Part shown: piece after piece, positions 39,578 to 50,761 of the stretch
Position numbering within the stretch: the first letter of the stretch is position 1
How the letters are laid out: every line of letters starts with the position of its first letter
NCBI GenBank assembly: GCA_037447605.1
Contig: CM074822.1
Span: 1,325,492-1,389,491, forward strand
Reading direction: 5' to 3'
DNA from: Zygnema circumcarinatum SAG 698-1b
Taxonomy: Eukaryota > Plantae > Zygnematophyceae
Length of the DNA stretch: 64,000 nucleotides
Notes under the pieces: model-generated
Seen by the model: only the letters and a program-made list of their open reading frames with translations
Told to the model about the DNA's origin: nothing
Database searches by the model: none
Made by a program: the position numbers and the translations under genes

Positions 39578-40607
39578 TCACCAGCTTGGAACTTCTTCCC
39601 TTAGTAGAAACACCTCAGACATCTCCTTGTTTTGAGAGGGAAAGAGTGTCTCATCTCTATTCACATGTATGGTTTGGACCTCCCTCATTTGCAGACCCTC
39701 ATTGACAGTAGAATTATTTAGACTGGCTAGGGCCTTGCGACTGTCCCCACTCACATTAGACCCAACGAATTTCTCTCCCACTCCTCCAACTGCTCCACTC
39801 TCTCTCTCTCCTGTCTCTCTCCCCTTCTGAATCAAAATCTTATCTCGTGAAGTTCCGCCTTGCTCTCCCATCTCTCTACAGCCGGCCCCTCCATGAGACC
39901 ATCTCTCGCTCCCCCTCCCTCCCCCCCCCACTCCCCTTCCCCCTCTCACCGCTGACTTCTTCTTCTGCTTAGGTAGGCAAGCCTCTTTCAGCCTACTTAA
40001 CAAAGGTCTTAGCGGTACTCCATTCTCGTGGCTTACCATTCTCTCCATTCTTCTTTCAACTGATTGTTCTAGAGTCGGCGGAATCCCTTCATTCCCAATC
40101 GGGATCATCCCAATCTGCCTGTCTTCCCCCCACCCTCCTCCTCCTCCTCCTCCAGCATTACTCCGAATTGAATGCAAATTCTCGTCACTCAGCTTCATCT
40201 CTCGGAACTGGGAGGTAGTCCCCCCCTCTTCGGGATCAGGACTCCGACACTTGTCATCAAATGTGCACTGAAAATTTCCGCTTGGTGATGATGATGATAA
40301 AGAGGGAGAGCTTGGGAGGGTGGCTACCGATGGACTACTCACTGCCAATAGTGGCTCTACTACAGAGGAGGGAGAAGATCGATAAATGATGACTTCAGTT
40401 TCTTGTCTGGGAGGGGGGGTGGCATGGTTATGCTTTCCCTTATATGTCACTCTTATGGTGGAGGAGGCTTCGTTCGTGCTATCCACATATTTCAACACCT
40501 TACAATCACCGCGTTCCTTATGCTTATTTGTACATTTGTAATATGCCCTGTACAGAAAAGAGGAAAAGACAAGGATGAGCATAAGGACGGACGGAAAGTA
40601 GAAATGT

Positions 40608-40646
<39 letters not shown>

Positions 40647-40764
40647 GAGAGATAGAGAATGTGATGTTACCGGCGTTAGGAGGACATACCTTTTGAGCGA
40701 CATAGGCGACACTTGTTTTCTGGCCATATTCCCGCCAATGATGCCCGTCCTCCGGAGTCAGCAT
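39578..40764 (-). pseudogene. WRKY: Copy C: paralogue of WRKY copy B with WREYGQK, a 2-nt deletion and an early stop
   Basis: CAT TGG CGG GAA TAT GGC CAG AAA; ACAAGTGTCG versus ACACTTGTGTCG in copy B, which is a frameshift before the intron. Exon 2 retains CTNKHKERGDC...KGKHNH. Homology to copy B ends at EVPSW-TGA. Confidence 0.8.
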
Positions 40765-40855
40765 TTCGTCTGCTTTGCTTTAGCTCCTATCCTCGTCGTC
40801 TGACTCTTACCCCTCCCTCCTTCCCTCCCTCCCTCCCTCCCTCCCNNNNNNNNNN

Positions 40856-43800
40856 ATGATCAGGGCCTTCGGCCAGATCCTGCCAAGGTTTCTGCGGTAG
40901 AAACTTGGGCGCCACCGACTGACTTACATCAGTTGCGGTCATTCTTAGGATTTGCGAATTATTTCCGTAAATTCATCCAAGGGTTTAGTAAGCTGGTTAC
41001 TCCCTTGACCAATTTGACGCGTTCCGGTGTCCCCTTTGTATGGACCCCTGAGTGCCAGGAAGCATTCGAGGGTGTCCGCCATGCACTTCAGCACGTAACC
41101 TACCGCTTAGTGACCCGGCCCAAAACCTTGGCTGCAGTTCGCTCATGATGCCGATTCGCGCCTTTGGGTGCCGCCTGTGATGGGTCAACAACCTTCCTCA
41201 TGCATGAAAGTCGCGAAAATGAATCCTCGCCGGAAGCGCTAAATCTGGCTCTCAAGTAAATGTAACGGTGAACTGCCAGGAAGGTCCACGCTCGGTGACA
41301 CGGGCTGGGCGTACTTGAGGGGCTTAAAGTCGTCACGTACTGTCAATGCATCAATCGCCTCGCTGACGCCTCTCTCACCCAACGCATCTTTGCCCAGCGG
41401 CAGCACGCCGGTTCGAAGTTCCCTCCAAAGGTTTCATCAAGTACGTTTATCGACCGGCGTCAACGTAGCGTATCTTACCAGCAAAAGTGCTCGATCTGCT
41501 CGATGGTTTGCCGACCGAAAGTGTTGGTGGAACGAGACATGTGAGGTGAGGGGTCGCCAACCCCCGAAGCTCGCCTCCAAAGATGCTTTGTCATGTATCC
41601 TCCACCAAATGACGCAGGCCAACCCTCCTCGCTTCTCTCTCGATCTCTATAGATGATTCAAGAGGGTATAATCGGGTGATCCTTTGTTCCCCGATGGCCG
41701 CGTACTTGGCTATAAGGACAAAGTGGCGCTCTTAAGGACGGATTTTGCGTACCACGCCAGCTTGGTCGTGCGCTCTTTCAAGGCTCTTTAATCAGACGCA
41801 GCCTCATTCTCGAAAGTGAGTTACATGATCCTCCTGCATCGCAGGTCACATACGGGAGTTGCCAAAACCCGCAGGCACTACTCCGAGTTCTGCGCGCCCG
41901 ACTCGAGGACATGAAAGCCGCATGCATCGCCATTCAACTTTGCCAACGGTAAACAAACCCCCGCGACCGCGTGATCCTTGGCCAGTCAAGTAACCCCTCT
42001 TCACACCTCCTTTCTCGAAATGGGATGTAAGATGTGGTACGGGACTTGATCACGACCGTTAGTGTAAAAGTGGGCGGCGACTTCGGTTGCATACCTGCTC
42101 GCTGGGTACTCAAGTTCTGCGAGGGCGTTACCATGTTGTCGACATTGTACGAGGGGCGTCTAGGCGACCGTACGTCTTTAAGGGTGTGCTGAGGAATACA
42201 AGGAAATCCGGATGGCGGCGCGCAAGGCATCGCATCGCCGCGGAGCGCATCACCGTAATGATTTGTAAGGGCCGTGACCTCGAACGCATCGACACATTGG
42301 TCGGTGAGCGCCGCGCGGGCGGAGTCAGATGTGACGTGGCGCGACGCGACAAATCGAAGTGACGCGCGCAAATCGCCATGAGCGTAACCGACGGTAACGG
42401 GCCGGCCCGCCGCTTCAATTCATTGAGGATGTAAAGGGGCGACCTGGCGCTTTCACGTTGGGTGAAAGGGAAGGCCTCAGACGCTTGTGGTCGGTGTGGG
42501 CGCCGTAGGGCTTACGGGTCCCACAGCGACGCTAAGTAATGAGGAGTCGTATCCCACGCCGAGACTCCTGGATGGAGATGCGCCGCAGGCGGATCTCGAC
42601 GCAAGATTGGACAAGGCCGGATCCGCGTAAGCCGAGGAGGATCCGACGGCGCCGAGATTAGGATCGGATAAGGGTCTTGCAAGGCTTAGCATGTGCTGCC
42701 GTGACGACAATGTCACTAATGGCTTCATATTGTATTTAAGGGTTAGATTGTTTGGTAGAAGTTAACCTTCTCGCGGACTCACATTGGGGAGTGAGGCTAT
42801 CTGCTTAGGGCCAAGGAGATAAGGGGAAGAAGCTCACCAGGCTGTGGTTTATTCAATGAAGCTTGAGAAGAGGTGCTTGGAAGCTTGGCTCTAGTGTTGT
42901 CGTAAGTTGTATTTCATCTTTATCTAAGGAGTTTTAGGGCCGGTGGCTTTCTCCTTACATTTTCATATTTCCGAAGTTGTTCTCTTCTTGCATTTGGCCA
43001 AGGCCATGGTGGATCGGAAAGCAATTCATTGAAAATGTCGAGTTCTACCCAAGGTAGAGGAGAAGTGGCAGCCCCACCAAGGGAGGGCGCTGCATCAACA
43101 AGATCTTCCTGTGACACCTCGGGGGCATGACTCCATCCTCGTCTTTGTCGATCGACTCAGCAAGATGGTGCACTTTGCACCAACTACTACTAAGACACCG
43201 GGTCACCAGATTGCACGTTGTATGTTGACAGGAAGTGTGAGCCAAAGATGGTCTTCAATCAAATTGTGTTCTGACCGCTGATCCACGCATTCATCGGGCT
43301 ACTTCGACTCCGGGTGCTCAAAATCGGGGACCAAGCAGGCCGAAGTACAAAATTTTCCACCAAGAAACCGACATGGCTAGGACTAGAATCAGAATGATCC
43401 CGGAGGATTACCTCCCGCATTATGTGGGACCCCATCCCCGATGGGGTGGGATCTAATCGCCCTGAAGTACGAAAGTATGCCATCAATAATGCTTTCCAGG
43501 AGTCCATTGGTACCACCCCTTTCTTCTTGAACTTTGGCCAGCATCCTCTAAATCCCCTCACAACCAAGGGATCAGCCCCCTCGGACCAGGAACAAGGGCC
43601 CACGTGAACCCCTCGATCCTTGAAGTCGAGAGGGACCGGGATGTGGGACTCAAACCCCGCAAATGACTATCCGAGCACCAAGCAGAGGGGCACTGCCAGT
43701 ATTCCTCGAAGCACGCCCCAGCGACAAAAGGCCTCCTCGGCCGACCGGCCACCGCATCTAACTCACCCGACGAGGGCTTATGAGGTGTCATGGGCAATTT

Positions 43801-44390
43801 TACTAACTTGAGACTCAAAGCTTATGGAGGAACACGTAAGCTGTGGCCCCGCTTCATCGGACCCTTCAAGGTCGTGAACCGAATCAACGATGTCGCTTAC
43901 CGGTTGGACTTACCATCTCACATAAAGGTGCATCCGGTCTTTCATGTGGGTTTGCTAAAGCCATACCGCAGCGATGGGAGGATCCAACCACCTCCCCCAC
44001 CAGTGGAACTTGAGGGTGAACTTGAGTATCAAGTTGAAACCATTCAAGCCCACCGTTCTGTGAGAAAGGGTCAATCTTCCCGTCACGAATACCTCGTGAA
44101 ATGGTTGGGCTATGGGGTTGAGCATAGCACATGGGAACCCGAGGGCAACTTGACCAATTGCCATGAGCTCATAAACTTGTACTGGGAGGCGCGGGCCGCG
44201 AGAGAGCGGGCGAGGGCGGCTCGGGGGGTTCTTGAGCCGTCCTCGTGCAACTCGGAAAGGGACTTGATCGGGATTATCGCTGAGCCCTCCCGGTTATCAC
44301 GTAAACTTTGACGCGTGCCGTTGAATTTACGAGCTGCCTTATCTACCCCACACACGTGAACGAGGGCGTTCACACTCTAACAGGGGGAAG
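40856..44390 (+). mobile_element. Ty3/gypsy chromovirus remnant (RT thumb/RNase H and integrase fragments, SH3-like domain plus chromodomain)
   Basis: LRSFLGFANYFRKFIQGFSKLVTPLT (40933), degraded integrase (about 43.1-43.6 kb), and KLWPRFIGPFKV...YRLDLP...HPVFHVGLLKPY and EYQVETI...YLVKWLGYGVEHSTWEPEGNL (43790-44311). PPT-like AACAGGGGGAAG at about 44379-44390. Same family as 50762-53943. The sequence is noisy. Confidence 0.85.
42486..43100 (+). mobile_element. Copia-family LTR-like insertion inside the gypsy remnant
   Basis: Ends in ...ATCAACA, has a TATTTAAG box (about 42734) and the shared hairpin (42925-42957), and is homologous to 44500-45357. The 5' boundary and TSD are uncertain. Confidence 0.55.
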
Positions 44391-44499
44391 TAACGTAGCG
44401 AAACGCTACAGTCACCCAAGGAGGCATACTTAGGGCGTACCCCGCTCTAATATCCTCGTCCCGGTTGCCACCTAATGGTTACGGCGCCANNNNNNNNNN

Positions 44500-45357
44500 C
44501 TGAGGAGCTGGATCCGTGTGAGCCAAGGAGGATCCGACGGAGCACGATTAGGATCAGGATAGGGCCCTTGCAAGGCGCTGCATGGGTGGCCGTGACATGA
44601 CGGCGTCACGTGACAATGGCCGCCATAGTATATTAGGGAGCAAGCTTGGCTTCCTAGTTACTCGCTCATACTCACTCGGAACGTTATGCTGCTCAACCTT
44701 CGTGTTAGGAAGAGTAGGCGAAGGCGGAGGCCTTGAGGAGTCCGGCCTTGTGTAGGGGGTCGTGAAAGAACTGTCTCTCATCATGGTTAGCTCTAGTGAA
44801 AGAGTTAGAGATGTGTCCCTCTCGTGTTGAGGTAGAGGAGAAGTTCAAGCAAGCATATAGTGCTTAGCTACTGCAGTTGGGGTGTAAGCTGCCTATCAGT
44901 GGGTAGGGTAGTGCTCATGAGAGGAGGAGAATCGGGCATAAGGTTATATGTAGATTTCCTAAGAGAGCTTGTATTACACCTATGAATGTTAAGGAGTTTT
45001 AGGGCCGAGGGCTTTCTCCTTATACTTGTGTCATTCGTCATGTGAGTCCTTGTGTTGGATTGGAGTGATGAATGAGTGGAGGCGACCATTGTATGGGCGG
45101 TGTGTCGCATCACACGTGGAGACCATTGGAGGAGCGTGGAGTTGAAGGAGCCGAGACCATGGAGGAGATGAAGAAGTGTTCTTGTAGGTGGCGTGTTTTG
45201 TTATCCGCTGTGCGCACCTGGTGAGGGGAGGAAGAGAAGGCATATCGTGGCGGAAGCGGTATGTGGCCTAAGTAGAAGTGGAAGAAGTTTTGGAGTTTCA
45301 TTGAAGCATGTTTTAGTCTTCCACTAGGTCTCTCCAGTCTGCCCCCTCACACCAACA
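44500..45357 (+). mobile_element. Copia-family LTR (5' end in a gap); partial duplicate at 46273-46726
   Basis: Ends in ...CACCAACA, carries the shared hairpin (44990-45022), and abuts the inverted TraB-upstream duplicate. Confidence 0.7.
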
Positions 45358-47903
45358 GCGTCCTCAAGAAAATCGCCCCGATTTTGTCAAAATCACCGTT
45401 TTGTACGGTAACTGTGTGTTATTTGTACGATTCGTACTGTTCGTACTTACCGTACGAGTCGTACTAGCTGTACTAGCCATTACGGGCCTAATCTCCCTGC
45501 ACGGTCGTCGTAAGAGGCTCTCGCTCTTCTCCCTCTTCTTCTTGACTTCAATACGATACGATACGATACTGTTCGATACGGTACGATATGGTACGATACG
45601 AAACGGTACGAAACGCCCCGATACGGTACTAGCCGTACGAGCTGAGACGAACAAAGAGCGGAAAACTACGTCTATGCGTTACGATATGGCACGATACGAT
45701 ACGACGCTAAACGATACAGTACGATACGGGAAGATTTGGTACGATACGGTACGTACGGTCTAACATGAACTCTAACATAATACCGCGCGTCTGTTGGTAG
45801 CACGAACCTTATATATGCAAAATCAATATTTTCGCCTCATATTGGCCAAAACCAGGGTGGAAAATATGAGGACTCCCTACTGTATCATTTTCTTACAGCG
45901 TCCGTACACAATTAGTACAGTATGCGTTCATACAGTCTGAACGCGTCCATAACTGAGCCACATTATACTATGAGGAGAAAACGCAGTCGATCTTTGATTG
46001 GTTTCGTACAATTGTACACGTGGCGCTTGTTTTTGATTAGCTAAATATAGCGCACGTTTGACTTTGATTAATGGTTGGTTGGAATCTCATAGAATCAGTA
46101 CGATTGTCACGTCATTAAGTTCAAAAGGGATACCACGCCGCCTTGGATTTGTCAACAGCAGTCTTTCAAGCCTTGTAACCTGCAGAGAAGAAGGAGAATC
46201 AAAATAGAAAAAAATGATCTCGAACAAGAATAACATCTCAATTGCAAATTCTTAAAAAATTGNNNNNNNNNNTAGGGTAGTGCTCATGAGAGGAGGAGAA
46301 TCGGGCATAAGGTTATATGTAGATTTCCTAAGAGAGCTTGTATTACACCTATGAATGTTAAGGAGTTTTAGGGCCGAGGGCTTTCTCCTTATACTTGTGT
46401 CATTCGTCATGTGAGTCCTTGTGTTGGATTGGAGTGATGAATGAGTGGAGGCGACCATTGTATGGGCGGTGTGTCGCATCACACGTGGAGACCATTGGAG
46501 GAGCGTGGAGTTGAAGGAGCCGAGACCATGGAGGAGATGAAGAAGTGTTCTTGTAGGTGGCGTGTTTTGTTATCCGCTGTGCGCACCTGGTGAGGGGAGG
46601 AAGAGAAGGCATATCGTGGCGGAAGCGGTATGTGGCCTAAGTAGAAGTGGAAGAAGTTTTGGAGTTTCATTGAAGCATGTTTTAGTCTTCCACTAGGTCT
46701 CTCCAGTCTGCCCCCTCACACCAACAGCGTCCTCAAGAAAATCGCCCCGATTTTGTCAAAATCACCGTTTTGTACGGTAACTGTGTGTTATTTGTACGAT
46801 TCGTACTGTTCGTACTTACCGTACGAGTCGTACTAGCTGTACTAGCCATTACGGGCCTAATCTCCCTGCACGGTCGTCGTAAGAGGCTCTCGCTCTTCTC
46901 CCTCTTCTTCTTGACTTCAATACGATACGCATACTCATATCGCTCGACACGGCACGATATGGCACGATACTTAAACGGTACCTAAACGCCCGACACGGTA
47001 CTCTAGCCAGACGAGCCGAGACCTAACAAAGAGCTGAAAACTACGCCTATGCTGCTACGATATGGCACGATACGACACGCATCTAAACGATACAAAGACG
47101 CATACGGGAAGATTTGGCACGATACGGTAATGCATTTGCCTAACATGAACTCTAACATAATACCAAGGTCAAGCAGTAGCACGAACCTTATATATGCAAA
47201 ATCAATATTTTCGCCTCATATTGGCCAAAACCAGGGTGGAAAATATGAGGACTCCCTACTGTATCATTTTCTTACAGCGTCCGTACACAATTAGTACAGT
47301 ATGCGTTCATACAGTCTGAACGCGTCCATAACTGAGCCACATTATACTATGAGGAGAAAACGCAGTCGATCTTTGATTGGTTTCGTACAATTGTACACGT
47401 GGCGCTTGTTTTTGATTAGCTAAATATAGCGCACGTTTGACTTTGATTAATGGTTGGTTGGAATCTCATAGAATCAGTACGATTGTCACGTCATTAAGTT
47501 CAAAAGGGATACCACGCCGCCTTGGATTTGTCAACAGCAGTCTTTCAAGCCTTGTAACCTGCAGAGAAGAAGGAGAATCAAAATAGAAAAAAATGATCTC
47601 GAACAAGAATAACATCTCAATTGCAAATTCTTAAAAAATTGACTATGGTTTATTTAGTTCTTGATTCCATGACTGTCTTATGTCAATCGAATAATCGAAC
47701 GAGGTAGAAACGAGGAACGAAGAGAGAGAGGGAGAGAGAGCGTGAGAAGACAAGAGAATGATGCAGTAGGCTTCCTCTGCCTTTATCATCATCATCATCG
47801 TCAGTTTCACCATTTAGGTTCTCGTGAGTCAGCCAGATTTCGTGCTGTTTAGGGATTTTAGGGTTTCTAGGGCATTGGTAGAGCAGGGCGGTGCCCGAGC
47901 CGC

Positions 47904-48672
47904 TAAGTAATACAGGAGTCGAGAAGACGAGGGCGAGCAAAGCACAAGTCGGTTCAAGCATTACCCACCCCATGTGCATGTCGCTTTAAATGTACAAGCA
48001 TTACTCTCGCGAAAGTAATGTCGGTAATGTATGATGTGATGTGTTTTGATGTGTTGTGATGTGTTTTGATGTGTTGTGATGTGTTTTGATGTGTTGTGAT
48101 GTGTTTTTTTTTTCTCTGCATTTGAAAATCTTGTACATATTGTTATTACTGCTAGCATTATAACGATTGTTCTACGGTCATTTCTCCTGTTCTCCCTCCC
48201 TCCCTCCCTCCCTCCACTGCGGGCTTGCAAGTTTGTTAGAATGCCTAGTGTGTTTTTTCCGTATGTCTTTGAAGATCTTCAACTTTTCTTGAACTATTTA
48301 AAAGTTTTTGGTTTTGATTCTCAATTTTTTTGAGTTTTGAGTTTTCGGATTTGGTGTTTTTGATTGAAACGAAATGTTTGCAACCGTTTTTGCTCTTGTA
48401 GGAATCATGTGACGAGGTCCGCGAACTTATTCGGAGCGTTAAGCCGCAGGTAAGCATCCTCTTTTGCCATTTTTATGCCAGTATTGAATTGTAATTTATT
48501 TTTCATGAATAGTCTGTGCTCAGAAAACTGACTGAACTATTTCATAATAACCTCAAAAGAAAAGTGAAACTGGAGCTCATTTCTCATTTTGTCTGGTGGA
48601 AAGATGCAGGTGGTCTTTCTGGAGCTTTGTCTGGACAGAATTTCGATTCTCTCACCTCCAACAGACATGCCG
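47904..48672 (+). pseudogene. Truncated inverted duplicate of TraB exons 1-3, within a duplication spanning about 45358-49760
   Basis: Exon 2 (48402..48449) and exon 3 (48610..48672) are nearly identical to the originals. The exon 1 copy is degraded and lacks the ATG. Homology to intron 3 resumes at 49613-49760 after a solo LTR, then stops at a foldback fragment. Confidence 0.8.
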
Positions 48673-48792
48673 GTCAATTCAAAATAATAACCAGAAAGGG
48701 CCGAATTTGTAGAAAGTGATGAAGTGGATGTTCCAAACGAGAGAGAGAGAAAGAGAGAGAAAGAGAGGGAGGTCGAGAGAGAGAGAGAGAGT

Positions 48793-49612
48793 TGTTGGAA
48801 ACTAGAGCCTGGTCTCTCTCACTTGCTGCACTCTCAGACATCCTTGCACTTCAGCGAACACACCCTCCCCAATGCGCACACCGAAAAGAGAAAATGAAGA
48901 CTGAAGAGAAATGACACCGAGAAGTGAAGTAAGAGGAGAAAGCCCCACCGGCTCAAAACTCCTTAAAATAGATAAGAAGGGTTACACACAGAAACTCAGC
49001 CCTTAGGCGATTCCTACTGCTCTGCCCTACATTCCTATCTACTGCTGCCCATACAGCAGGCCTCTACACTCAGCACCACAAGCCGAGATGCAAGGTTCTA
49101 AGGGTAACTAGCACTATGCACTAAGCAAACTAAATACTAGCCGCTGAAGCACCTCCACGTTCCACCGCGTGCCACCGCGTTCCACCTCCATGTCGTCGAG
49201 GTCGCTCCGCGCCTTCTAGAGTTCGTTTCGCGCCGCGCGAGAGCTCAGCTCGGGAGGCCGCCATGGGGAGGGGAGTGTCCGTACCGAAACTCCCTTCCAA
49301 AAGCTCCTCCGTCGCTCCGAACCTTCCGCGCTCCTTCGCGCCTCCAATAATCCGTACTAAGCTAACTCATAGCCGCGCGACCTATCGTCGCGCACCACGT
49401 GTCCACACAACACTTATAAAACTAAGCGGACTCCACTGGTGGTGCGGCCTATTGCCGCCCGCCACGTGTCTAATTCAAACCTGAAAGTCTTCCGACTCAG
49501 AACAGCGCTCTAGCGCACTGTTCAGACTGTGACTGTATCTACCAAGGACCGCCGTCTCGGCTAAGGACCGTAAAGTGTACTACATTGTACTATACCCCTA
49601 TTGTACACTACA
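48793..49612 (-). mobile_element. Solo LTR (820 bp), same family as 20561-21491
   Basis: TG...CA termini, 5-bp TSD AGAGT on both sides, and both ends homologous to the 20.6-kb solo LTR. It sits in the GA tract of the duplicated TraB intron and is absent from the original intron. Confidence 0.85.
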
Positions 49613-49774
49613 AGAGTGAGGGAAGAGAGAGAGAGGAAGAGAGAGAGAGGGAAAGAGAGGGAGACAGAGAGTGAGAGACGGTTAGAGTGAGAGGAGCGGT
49701 AGAGAGTGTTCATGCTATTCATTTCTTTTTAGCACCTTACAATATAGTCATATTTGCAGAGATTATTAGTCATC

Positions 49775-50138
49775 GTTAGTGATCTGCAGTGGTGTGATCT
49801 GCGAGGGAATCAACAGCTGCGATTGACACACGTGTGAAGGACGGACACCTGCGAACGATCTCGTGGCGAACGGATCCTCCGCTCCGAGCGGATTTGGGCA
49901 GGCAGATATTTCTTTCCCTCAAAAAAAAAATTCAGGGAGGCGGGTTACAGTATTCGAAATGCGGTGTCGTGGTAACATTTTCCTTGGTTAGCAGAGGTAA
50001 AATCAGCCAACGGAAGAAGGTGGGTATCGATTCCAAAAAGGTGTGAAAAAAGCATTTTCCGTTTTTAATCCTTTTTGAAATCTGCCCGGTCGGGAAGGGA
50101 TGTTTGGATCCAAAAAAGGGGTGGAAATATCACTATCC
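49775..50138. mobile_element. Foldback/MITE element, third (partial) copy
   Basis: Matches about 11140-11500, including one TIR. Confidence 0.8.
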
Positions 50139-50761
50139 TTTTTTTTTGAACTCCGATTTTCAATATATTTTTTTTTTGGACAGCCAAAATCTTTAATTGT
50201 TCAAAAGTTCAACCTATCGGTAGTAGGGTAGTACATATAAATATCCTAGACTTCGATTCGCCAAATCCCACACAGTCGGCCATACGGCGATTCGTACACC
50301 GACAAAAGCAGCAGGATTCAAAAACTGAAGACCCTATTCTTTCAGAATGATTCTCCCCCCCCCCTCACCTGCTCATTTTCTCTTGTAGATGTGGAGCCTC
50401 CGGTCCTAGTAGAGGATCCCTCCGAGGATGACATCCCACTACGCCTTGGACTAGGAGACGCCAACCTTGCGGAATCACAGAATCACACTCACAAAGCAAA
50501 GACTGCCCCAAGCAGAGAATGAATGAACAGATCGAAGATTCAGAAGATAAGAGAAAGCACAAATGCTGAAAACTCTTAACTTCAAAACGGAGTACAAGAA
50601 CACACCAAGAGCCCCTCTTGAGCTTCTCTACTCCACTACAAGAGTGTCCCCCTTATGCTGTAAAGCTTCACCACAGACTGGCAAGCCTCTACTCTGCACC
50701 TAGCAGCCTGCACTAAGGGTTACAGCTCGCTCATTTGCCCCGCCATTTATCNNNNNNNNNN

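Noticed and set aside
44905-47640. Tandem duplication of the LTR end plus TraB-upstream sequence (offset about 1369)
   Set aside because: The junction is a 10-N gap, and the second copy has a noisy middle between identical flanks, which is typical of gap-filling with an uncorrected read.
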